Source of the DNA: Thermoanaerobaculales bacterium
GTDB taxonomy: Bacteria > Acidobacteriota > Thermoanaerobaculia > Thermoanaerobaculales > Sulfomarinibacteraceae
DNA: 64,000 bases
Direction: 5' to 3'
Assembly (NCBI GenBank): GCA_021107705.1
Contig: JAIOSJ010000129.1
Span: forward strand, 7,754-71,753
Below the pieces are notes generated by a model. It was not told the DNA's origin. It was given only the letters and a program-made list of their open reading frames with translations, and searched no databases. The position numbers were made by a program, and so were the translations under genes. Shown in pieces: positions 35,197-43,126 of this stretch; the stretch's first letter is position 1, and every line of letters starts with the position of its first letter.

Positions 35197-37545
35197 GTGA
35201 GATTGCAACAATTCACACTGCAGATCGTCGGAGTCGCCTTGGTCGTGCTGACGATGCCGACCGGACCGGTATTCGCCCAGCGAGAGGAATGCACCTCGGC
35301 GATCCTCGGGCCGGAGGCCGGTGTGTCGGGCGCGCCAATACTGTGGAAGAACCGCGATACAAACACCCTCTCAAACCGGGTCGTGTTCGTCCAGGAGCAA
35401 CCCTTCACCTATCTGGCCCTGGTCAACTGGGACGACCCCTCGGGTCGCCGCTGCTTCGCCGGCCTGAACTCCGAGGGCTTCGCGATCATGAACACGGTGG
35501 CCTACAACCTCCCCGAGATCGCCGGTGAGGCCAAAGACCTCGAGGGGACGATCATGGCCGACGCCCTCAGAACCTGTCGCACGGTGGAGGAGTTTGCATC
35601 CTACCTCGAGGCCAACAGGGGTCGCCACTTCGGCAGTCTCGCCAACTTCGGTGTGATCGACGCTGAAGGCGGCGCCGCGATTTTCGAGGCCCACAACCAC
35701 GGGTTCTACCGGCTCGACACGGCTGATGCGGCGCTTGGATACCTGGTGAACACCAATTTTGCGCGGACGGGGAAAGAAGGTGAAGGAGCAGGATATCTGC
35801 GCTTTGAACGCGCTACGACTCTCTTCGAAGACCTCGGCGACGCCAAAATCCCGTTCGAGACGATCCTTACAGAATTTTCCCGCGACATCGGTCATGTCCT
35901 GCTGCATCGACCCAGTTGGGAAGAGATGGCTCGGGTTCCCGCCGACGAGCCGGTCTGGATTTCCACCCGAGACGGCATCGACAAGTACTACACCTCCGCA
36001 ACCGTCGTAATCGAGGGCCGGCAACCAAACGTACCCGGCTCGGTGGCCACCATGTGGGTGCTGCCGGGCGAGCCCTTGAGCGCGGTTGCCGTACCGCTGT
36101 GGGTGGAGGCGCAGTCCAGCCCCGAGGCGTTGCACCAGGGAGAGCCGGACGCGCAGATGTGGGCGGAGAGCCTGCGCATCAAGAAGATCGTGCGGCCCTA
36201 CCGGGAGGGCCACAAGATCGAGTACCTCAATCTGACGCCGCTGGTGAACCGCGATGGCGGCTTTCGCGCCCGTCTTGACGCCGATGAGGCCGAGATCATG
36301 AGGCTGACCTCCGAGTTCCTGCAGAGCACCCACACTCCGGCGGAGTACCGTGCTTTCCAGGAAATGATGACGCGACGCGCCCTCGATGCCCTGAGATCGG
36401 TCGGAGAACCCCCCGGTGACGAGCAGATCTCCGCAGAAATCGAGCACATCAACGACCGGGCCCTCGAGACCCTTCCCTTGAAGGTCGGTGTCTACGCCGA
36501 CGGCGGCGCCAGCCCCGTCTGCGTCACGGAAACCATGGCCGCCCTCAAAATCGACCCGGGAATCGCCCCGGTAGCCGTACGGGCGGTCGATTTGATGACG
36601 GGTGTTCTCAACGGGCTCGACGTGATCGTGTTCCCGGGAGGCAGCGGCAGCAAGCAGGCCTCCAGCATGGGCAGCCAGGGGCGGGAAAAGGTGAGGCGAT
36701 GGGTTCTCGAAGAAGGAAAGGGATGCCTTGGAATCTGCGCAGGCGGCTACCTGCTTTCGAGCACGCCCGTCTACAAGTGGTCGATGAAGTTGATCTCGGC
36801 CAACGTGATCGACCGGGCGCATTACAACCGTGGACGAGGTTTGATGGAGGTCGGTTTCACCGACGCAGGCCGGAAGCGGTTTCCGGAGATCGGCCCCGAC
36901 ATGCCGACCTACCTGCAGTACTACGACGGACCGGTTCTGGTGCGCTCGACGACTTCCGAACTCCCTCCCTACGAGGAGCTGGCGACCTATGTCAGCGACA
37001 TCCACCTCAGCGGAGGTTCCTCGCCTGGCGTAACCCCCGGCAAGACAGCGTTGCTCGTGAACGACGCCGGCAAGGGAAAAGTGGGCGTCTGCGTGGGCCA
37101 CCCGGAGGCGACCCCCGGCATGCGGTGGGTGATCCCCAGAATGGTGCGCATGGTCGCTGACCGGAAGCTCGTCTCCTATCCTTCGCAGGTCATCCGTCCG
37201 CACAGGGAGAGCCGGGAGATCCTCTTCGACACTGAGCGGGCGAGCGAGGAGCAGAAACTGTTCTGGCAGCTTGTCGGCGACGACCCCGAGGAGAAGATGA
37301 AAGCGCTGAGAACTCTCGTGCAAATGCGCTCGCGACCGGCCCTGCGGTGGGCGGAAGGACTACTTCGGGACGATGACCCCGGAGTTCGCCGGTTGGCGGG
37401 AGCGGTCTTGGAGGAGGCGGAGTACACGCCCGCCATCGACGACCTCGGCGCCGCAGTGCGGTTGGAGCAGGACGAGATCCTCCGCGAGGCCCTTCGAAAG
37501 AACCTGGAAGGCCTGGAAGGCATCGTCACGGCAAACGCTTCCTGA
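35197..37545 (+). CDS. Secreted three-part fusion: Ntn-hydrolase-like (C45/C69 or carcinine-hydrolase type, Cys nucleophile) + class-I glutamine-amidotransferase-like (BPL_N/DJ-1-like) + HEAT-like repeats
   Basis: 782 aa. The signal peptide is followed by ...AQREECTSAILGPEAGVSGAPILWKNRDT. The middle part reads LKVGVYADGGASP...DVIVFPGGSGSKQ...GKGCLGICAGGYL. The C-terminal part reads DPEEKMKALRTLVQMRSRPALRWAEGLLRDDDPGVRRLAGAVLEEA. Confidence 0.65.
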   Translation: MRLQQFTLQIVGVALVVLTMPTGPVFAQREECTSAILGPEAGVSGAPILWKNRDTNTLSNRVVFVQEQPFTYLALVNWDDPSGRRCFAGLNSEGFAIMNTVAYNLPEIAGEAKDLEGTIMADALRTCRTVEEFASYLEANRGRHFGSLANFGVIDAEGGAAIFEAHNHGFYRLDTADAALGYLVNTNFARTGKEGEGAGYLRFERATTLFEDLGDAKIPFETILTEFSRDIGHVLLHRPSWEEMARVPADEPVWISTRDGIDKYYTSATVVIEGRQPNVPGSVATMWVLPGEPLSAVAVPLWVEAQSSPEALHQGEPDAQMWAESLRIKKIVRPYREGHKIEYLNLTPLVNRDGGFRARLDADEAEIMRLTSEFLQSTHTPAEYRAFQEMMTRRALDALRSVGEPPGDEQISAEIEHINDRALETLPLKVGVYADGGASPVCVTETMAALKIDPGIAPVAVRAVDLMTGVLNGLDVIVFPGGSGSKQASSMGSQGREKVRRWVLEEGKGCLGICAGGYLLSSTPVYKWSMKLISANVIDRAHYNRGRGLMEVGFTDAGRKRFPEIGPDMPTYLQYYDGPVLVRSTTSELPPYEELATYVSDIHLSGGSSPGVTPGKTALLVNDAGKGKVGVCVGHPEATPGMRWVIPRMVRMVADRKLVSYPSQVIRPHRESREILFDTERASEEQKLFWQLVGDDPEEKMKALRTLVQMRSRPALRWAEGLLRDDDPGVRRLAGAVLEEAEYTPAIDDLGAAVRLEQDEILREALRKNLEGLEGIVTANAS

Positions 37546-37626
37546 ACGCTCGCATTCTCATGAATAATGTGGAATGAGCGATTCTTCGCGCGCCGGGAAC
37601 ACCCCCGGGGTATCCTCCAAACGTCG

Positions 37627-38379
37627 TCATCTCCGTGTTGAAAACACCGGTACCAAAAGAGCGGCCACCAAGAACAGAGCGGCCACCACCTGGCTTCCTG
37701 TCAGCGGACCGAGAGCCGGCTGGAGGTCCCCGCGCAAAGAGTCCAGAATCAAGCGTTTGACGGCGTACAACGACACGAAAACAGCGGCGGAGAGACCTTC
37801 CCTGGACGCCGGTCCGGTCCGCCGTCGGTCGAGGACCACGAGAATACCAAAGATCCAGAAATCTGCAGCGGCGCTGAGGAGCTGGGTCGGGTAACGCCCA
37901 CAGGTTAGACCCCTGATGTCCGGGAGATCCCAGGCGAGAATCCCGGATGTGGGCCGTCCGTAACAGCACCCTGCCAGCGCGCAGCCGATGCGTCCGATTC
38001 CCAGCCACAGAGCAGCAGCGGGGGCGCCCCGATCCAGCAACCTCAGCATCGGTATTCCCAAACCCGCGGAGGCCACAATCGCTGCGGCTGCTGCGCCACC
38101 GAGCGCCCCCCATGCGCTCGATACACCCGAACCTACACCAAACTCCCGGAGAAGGAAGCCAATTCCATACCCACCCGCAAGCCCACCACAGGCGATGATC
38201 ACGATCAGCCGTCGAATCATGGGTCCTTGGGCGCCGTCCCGAAAGAGGAGATGAAAAAAGAGCAGGCCGGCGGCAACGGTGGCCAGCACGTGAAGCAGAT
38301 AGTAGGTGCTGAGGTGCCACGACCCTACGGCGAGGATGGGATACACGAGAAACTCCTGTATGAAGAACGGGGCCGGCAT
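37627..38379 (-). CDS. lgt: Prolipoprotein diacylglyceryl transferase
   Basis: 250 aa and multi-TM, with WLGIGRIGCALAGCCYGRPT and GRYPTQLLSAAADFWIFGILV. These are Lgt signature regions. Confidence 0.78.
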   Translation of the reverse strand: MPAPFFIQEFLVYPILAVGSWHLSTYYLLHVLATVAAGLLFFHLLFRDGAQGPMIRRLIVIIACGGLAGGYGIGFLLREFGVGSGVSSAWGALGGAAAAAIVASAGLGIPMLRLLDRGAPAAALWLGIGRIGCALAGCCYGRPTSGILAWDLPDIRGLTCGRYPTQLLSAAADFWIFGILVVLDRRRTGPASREGLSAAVFVSLYAVKRLILDSLRGDLQPALGPLTGSQVVAALFLVAALLVPVFSTRR

Positions 38380-38402
38380 GCCGGCCCCGATCCCTCACGA
38401 AA

Positions 38403-40673
38403 TCACCGAACCACGGCCATGGTGGTCGGGTCGTTGGTGATATTGTCCACCACTGAACCGTAGGCTACGATGCCGGAGCCCGAAAGCACCTCAATGCGCG
38501 CGTAACCTGCCGCCATGTCGGTCTGGTCCGCGAAGTCGGCGAAGGGCCCGTTCTCTTGCTCCCACTGGCCCGGAGCCAGGGTGACATCGTAGCTTGTCAG
38601 TTCTGTTCCGTGGCCGTCCAGCAGATGAACGCGAACCTCTGCCTCGGCACTTCCCGTGTTGATCACCGCCACGTTGCTCCGGAAGGCGGCGTTTTCCTGG
38701 AGTTGCGGTACTACCGCCGATTGCCCAGCGGCGAGACCGGCGCCCGAGGCGGTGGCGCCGAGACTCTGGCCCAGGGTCCCGTCCGGGTAACATTGGTCCG
38801 TCGGACCCACCTGGGAGTAGGTCCGCGAAGTCACGACCAGCGGACCCGAGGCCGTCACCTCAAGCGCACCGGAGCCGGTGAACCCCATTTGGTCGACCAC
38901 ATCGGAGAGGATCAGCTGTTCCCCAGCCGGCACCGTTTGATTCAACGACACGGGACCCTGAGCGCCGTGCAGGGTGACGATCGCATCGACCGATCCGGTC
39001 CCCGTGTTCAGGAGCCCGAGATCCGTCCGCCACGCCGAACCCTGCGCCCCGGGGGCATGACTGGCAACCGGGATCCAGAATCGGGATTCCCCTCCTGGGG
39101 GAGCGACCCAGTCCCCAACCCAGAGGACATCGGTGGCCCAGACTTTCTTCGAGGGCTCGGCCGTACGGCTCGCGCTGAGAAGGACCGTTTCGGACCCGGC
39201 TGGTGCATCAGCCGGGATGTCGGCTACCAACCAAACGTTGGTGAAGCCCTGCACTGTGATGTTACCGGTGATCGGCCGACCAAGGTCGGGCTGCTCATAA
39301 TCTCCTTCGTAAAATCCCCATTGGCGCCCCCGGGAAGACTCGACCGTGAGACTGATGGTCTCGGAGCCACTGGTTTCCAGCGTGTGGTGAAATTGGACTT
39401 GGCCAGGCGGAGTGACCCGGCTCAGTCCCTGGCCCCTCAGGAGTATGGGCGGATCGAAGTCCGACGGAATGCCTCCCCACGAATCGACCAACCGTACCGG
39501 CAACGGACCGAAGCAGGTCACACCGTCGCCCTGATACGTCTTGAACACGCCAGCCACCGCCTTGAAACCGGACTCGAAGAAGGGCGGAGGCCCCGATCCC
39601 TCGTGACACATGTAGACCTCGAGAATACAATTCTCACAGGAATTCGGCATGTGGCCCAGGTTGACGACTCCGGTGGTGAAGAGTTCCCAACGCCCGGCCT
39701 CGATTGGGAATCGATCCTCCAGCAACGTCACCGGCGCCTGCTTCGGCGCCAGTGCCGCCCAACGGGTAGCCGACTGGACCGGCAAGTGATTATGCAGCCA
39801 CTCGTTCCTACTCGGCACATACTCCAACGGGAGCCGTGCTACGGCCTGATTGAGGTCGTCGCCACTCCACGGAAGATTGTGATCGAGGATCGCCAGCACA
39901 GGCACGTCTTCTGCCTCCATCCCCACCGGCAATCGGTAGGACAGCACGTCCACCTCCTGGGTGACGGGAAACCGAAGACCGACGAAGAAGGAACCACTCA
40001 GCAGGTATTCAACCAGGGTCTCCGCCTCTGAAAGAGGCAGATCCTGGACTCCCACCGATTGGTAGAGCCATTCCTTGAACCGCCACGCGGAGACGTCGTT
40101 TTGAATCTTCGCCCGTTGGGCGGAGACAAACTGATTCAGTGCCGCCGCGGGAGATGCCTTCGCGCCGGCTCGGTGAGACAGGCAGAAACCCTCGACGCGT
40201 TCGTTGTCGGTCGTTGCCAAGACCGTGTCGATGAAGGTGTATCCCCCGCCGACCGCCGGCGGTTGATACGTGAGTTGGATATCGGCCTCGCTCGGCGTGC
40301 CGTTGTGGGCAGGTACCGAAGAGTAGAGGAAGGGTGCCGGACCGCCGGGATTGGACGGCTGCATGCCGGTGAACTGGAAGCCGGCCGCTCCTTCAGGCGG
40401 CGTCCACGCCACTTCGGCAGTGTCCTCATCCCCGAGACGCTCAAGGGCCAGACCGATCTGGACCGTTTCCGCCATGTCGGCCGCTTTGTCAGTTTCATTG
40501 TGCCGAAAGTGCGCCCCCAGAGTCCCCGGGCGTTGGTCAGCCCTCTTCATATATTTGCTGAAACTGCAGTTAACGATGAAATGAAAGGGCACAGCCATTA
40601 GGAGGAGAATCACCATCGTCTCCAGGTATTGCCGGGTTTTCGAGAACTGTCCGCAACCACCTATCTTCCTCAT
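38403..40673 (-). CDS. Large membrane-anchored/secreted hypothetical protein; C-terminal domain paralogous to ORF 12048..13418
   Basis: 756 aa with an N-terminal hydrophobic segment (MVILLLMAVPFHFIV). I recognise no family for the first ~520 aa. The C-terminus has FWIPVASHAPGAQGSAWRTDLGLLNTG...AVINTGSAEAEVRVHLLD...YGSVVDNITNDPTTMAVVR. Confidence 0.6.
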   Translation of the reverse strand: MRKIGGCGQFSKTRQYLETMVILLLMAVPFHFIVNCSFSKYMKRADQRPGTLGAHFRHNETDKAADMAETVQIGLALERLGDEDTAEVAWTPPEGAAGFQFTGMQPSNPGGPAPFLYSSVPAHNGTPSEADIQLTYQPPAVGGGYTFIDTVLATTDNERVEGFCLSHRAGAKASPAAALNQFVSAQRAKIQNDVSAWRFKEWLYQSVGVQDLPLSEAETLVEYLLSGSFFVGLRFPVTQEVDVLSYRLPVGMEAEDVPVLAILDHNLPWSGDDLNQAVARLPLEYVPSRNEWLHNHLPVQSATRWAALAPKQAPVTLLEDRFPIEAGRWELFTTGVVNLGHMPNSCENCILEVYMCHEGSGPPPFFESGFKAVAGVFKTYQGDGVTCFGPLPVRLVDSWGGIPSDFDPPILLRGQGLSRVTPPGQVQFHHTLETSGSETISLTVESSRGRQWGFYEGDYEQPDLGRPITGNITVQGFTNVWLVADIPADAPAGSETVLLSASRTAEPSKKVWATDVLWVGDWVAPPGGESRFWIPVASHAPGAQGSAWRTDLGLLNTGTGSVDAIVTLHGAQGPVSLNQTVPAGEQLILSDVVDQMGFTGSGALEVTASGPLVVTSRTYSQVGPTDQCYPDGTLGQSLGATASGAGLAAGQSAVVPQLQENAAFRSNVAVINTGSAEAEVRVHLLDGHGTELTSYDVTLAPGQWEQENGPFADFADQTDMAAGYARIEVLSGSGIVAYGSVVDNITNDPTTMAVVR

Positions 40674-40952
40674 ACTGCCCCTCCCTCCAATAATTCACTC
40701 TATGGTGCAAAGATTACCACTATTGACAGTATAGGCCCTCGAAATAACATACTGCAGATTCGGGACGGCAAGCGGCCGGGTTGCCCGAACCGCAGGGGGG
40801 TTTATCGAGTCGAATTGTGCCGGTCGGGAGAGTGTGCCGCATTGGCCCCTGAGGAGATCAATTTGATCGAGGGCAGTGGAATTGGCCAATCCGGCCCACA
40901 TATTTGGCATGATTCCGAGCTGGGAAAATCGCTCATCGATCCGAGAAGGAAA

Positions 40953-41927
40953 TCACTCGTCGGAGATTTCCGCCTCGGCGCCTTCCTCGATCACAGTCTC
41001 TGCAGCGAGTGCCCTGCCCGGCAGCGGTGCGAAAACGTCGAATTCCGGGTCGAACTGGGTCAACCACTCGAGGCTGAAGCAGCGATATGCCACCCAAATA
41101 GGCAGGAGAATCACTGTGCCGATGTAGGGCAAGGCTGCAATACAACAGGTCAGGAGGCAAACCAGAACCGAGAGGATTCCATAGACGATAGTCAGCAGCA
41201 GCACGAAGAGACCGTACAACGTAAAGTGCCCGGGCCGTGCCCGCAACCACGGCACCAGGTGTCGCCACGCTTCGACTGCAGTAAGGTTGAAACGGTACAT
41301 GATCGGCACGATGAACGAGTCCAGGAAGAGGCTGACATAGAGGCTCATGAGAACAACCGCGGCCACAATCAAGCCGAAGAAAACTCCCCATGTGGAGATT
41401 GCAAAGAGGCTCAGATCCTGCAGGGACCCTCCCGACATCAGCGCTGCCGGGATAGCAGGGAGGAGCACTCCCGCGACCACGACAACAATGACCACAACGA
41501 CAAAGGCCAGGCGCCAGAGAAAGAGGGAATCGCCCAATTTCCTGAATCTCTTCCAAGGCGCCACGATCTCCGCCTGATTGTGAACTACATTGTCGAGGAA
41601 GATGAACTTACCCCGGGAAGAGAGCCACAACACGACGGCGACCAGAAGCAGGACCGCAAGACCCACAAAGGCAGCGACGCTGATCGCGAGCACGCTATGA
41701 ACTGCGGATGAAGCAGCATCACCAATGGCGTCACCGATGTCGGTCGGGTTACCGCTGAAATTGCTGCCGCCTCCACCGGGCCCGCTCCCAAGGCCGGCAA
41801 GCCACGCGGCAAATCCGAGCACCAACCATTTCATGAAATCGAAGGGCTCAAACAGTTGACGCTTCATGCGCTCGAAGGCGCGCTCCAGGGGTGCCCAATA
41901 TGCGATAGTATTTGTCATCGGTTCCAT
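40953..41927 (-). CDS. Polytopic membrane protein, unknown function
   Basis: Start taken at ATG 41927 (GGAGAGGAAGA upstream) within track ORF 40953..42005. The protein has about 6 TM, a Gly-rich loop (GLGSGPGGGGSNFSGNP) and an acidic tail. Confidence 0.55.
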   Translation of the reverse strand: MEPMTNTIAYWAPLERAFERMKRQLFEPFDFMKWLVLGFAAWLAGLGSGPGGGGSNFSGNPTDIGDAIGDAASSAVHSVLAISVAAFVGLAVLLLVAVVLWLSSRGKFIFLDNVVHNQAEIVAPWKRFRKLGDSLFLWRLAFVVVVIVVVVAGVLLPAIPAALMSGGSLQDLSLFAISTWGVFFGLIVAAVVLMSLYVSLFLDSFIVPIMYRFNLTAVEAWRHLVPWLRARPGHFTLYGLFVLLLTIVYGILSVLVCLLTCCIAALPYIGTVILLPIWVAYRCFSLEWLTQFDPEFDVFAPLPGRALAAETVIEEGAEAEISDE

Positions 41928-42146
41928 TCTTCCTCTCCTGCCATACACAACGCAAGTCCTAATTGCAAAGTTCTCTATTAGAATTTGTTCATGCCGGCCT
42001 TCCACACCACCGCCAACCCGCGCAATTGCTACAGCACCTGCGGCATACAGGTCCTGGTGCTAACTGTTTTCTTCGACCCTCCGCCGACGCGGGCACTCAT
42101 GGCTACCGAGAACCTCTTTAATTGAAAACTACGTAGGGAGACTCCA

Positions 42147-42842
42147 ATGAACGAATCTGTCACATACGAATTATCCTCCGATGTCGCAGTCCTGACGATC
42201 GACGACCACAAGGTCAACGCCCTCACACATTCGATCATCGAAGCCCTTCACGAAGGCTTGGACCGTGCGGAGAGAGAGGTCAAGGCGGTTCTCCTTGTCG
42301 GCCGCCCCGGGCGCCTCTCCGGCGGTTTCGACCTCTCGATTATGAAGAGCGGTCCCGAAGGCTTACGCGGACTGGTGACGGCGGGCGCCGAGCTGTTGCT
42401 CAGACTCTACAGTTTTCCGCGGCCGGTCGTTGTCGCCTGCACCGGCCACGCAATGGCCGCCGGCGCCCTCATGCTGCTGTCTGCGGATCTCCGCATCGGG
42501 GCACGAGGGCCATTCAAGATCGGCCTAAACGAGGTCTCGATCGGTATGACCCTGCCGATCGTCGCCGTCGAACTTGCACGTGAGAAACTGGCCGTGACCC
42601 ACCTCGCTCGAGGCACCATTCTGGCCGAGATCTTCGATCCTGAAAAAGCGGTAGAGGCGGGATTCCTTGATCATCTTACAAATGAAGATGCCTTGACGGA
42701 GTATGCCCTCGGTGAGGCACAGAGACTCAGCAGACTTGGCGACCCCGCCTTCAAAAAGACTCGCAATCATCTCCGACGCTCGAGCATCGACTTCATCCGC
42801 CGAACCCTCGCCGACGACATGGCCCAACTGAGCGCCCTGTGA
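42147..42842 (+). CDS. Crotonase/enoyl-CoA hydratase-isomerase family protein
   Basis: 231 aa reading VAVLTIDDHKVNALTHSII, VLLVGRPGRLSGGFDL and VVVACTGHAMAAGALMLLSADLRIG. Confidence 0.85.
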   Translation: MNESVTYELSSDVAVLTIDDHKVNALTHSIIEALHEGLDRAEREVKAVLLVGRPGRLSGGFDLSIMKSGPEGLRGLVTAGAELLLRLYSFPRPVVVACTGHAMAAGALMLLSADLRIGARGPFKIGLNEVSIGMTLPIVAVELAREKLAVTHLARGTILAEIFDPEKAVEAGFLDHLTNEDALTEYALGEAQRLSRLGDPAFKKTRNHLRRSSIDFIRRTLADDMAQLSAL

Positions 42843-43020
42843 AGAACCCCCTCGGATATCTCGGTTCTCGTGGGTTTCAACCGCGCCGAGGAGATCATCC
42901 AGGCCGACCGCGAAACCGCCGAGCGGGCGTTGGCTGAGCTGCGCACGCTGATCTCGAATTGAAAACCCCTGATTCTCCTGATGCGGGCTCGGCAATCGCG
43001 CTCCAGTTCGGTATCCAGGG

Positions 43021-43126
43021 GTCTTGACCTCTTTGATTCTTTGACTCTTTTGACCTTTTTGACCCTATCTTTGTGCCTTTTTGCGCCTTTTTGTGGCTAT
43101 TTCTTGGAGTTTTGCAAAAAGCTATT
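43021..43126 (+). repeat. T-tract/TTGACC array, copy B3 (longest: about 11 phased units)
   Basis: The sequence is GTCTTGACCTCTTTGATTCTTTGACTCTTTTGACCTTTTTGACCCTATCTTTGTGCCTTTTTGCGCCTTTTTGTGGCTATTTCTTGGAGTTTTGCAAAAAGCTATT. T-runs recur roughly every 9-10 nt. It lies between convergent genes and runs into the TAG stop at 43125-43127. Confidence 0.8.

Noticed and set aside
35371-37323. 650-aa minus-strand ORF
   Set aside because: It is antisense to the Ntn-hydrolase/GATase-like fusion gene. It has no motifs, whereas the sense frame has a signal peptide, an RBS and recognisable domains.
38556-40031. 491-aa plus-strand ORF
   Set aside because: It is antisense to the 756-aa hypothetical gene, whose C-terminal module is paralogous to another protein in the window. 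That supports the minus frame.
40629-41711. 360-aa plus-strand ORF
   Set aside because: It is His/Glu/Arg/Asp-rich with no hydrophobic core. It lies antisense to a well-formed polytopic membrane protein.
42840-42962. 40 sense codons in frame directly after the crotonase TGA stop (RTPSDISVLVGFNRAEEIIQADRETAERALAELRTLISN), raising readthrough or selenocysteine
   Set aside because: The crotonase length (231 aa) is already normal for its subfamily. Open stretches of 40 codons are common in GC-rich DNA. I could not see a SECIS-like hairpin immediately downstream.
43021-43126. T-tract array, the 21-bp tandem repeat (22747-22824) and the 39-bp repeat (47658-47765) as CRISPR arrays
   Set aside because: The repeats are contiguous with no unique spacers. 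The units are too short or lie inside ORFs. No cas genes are present.
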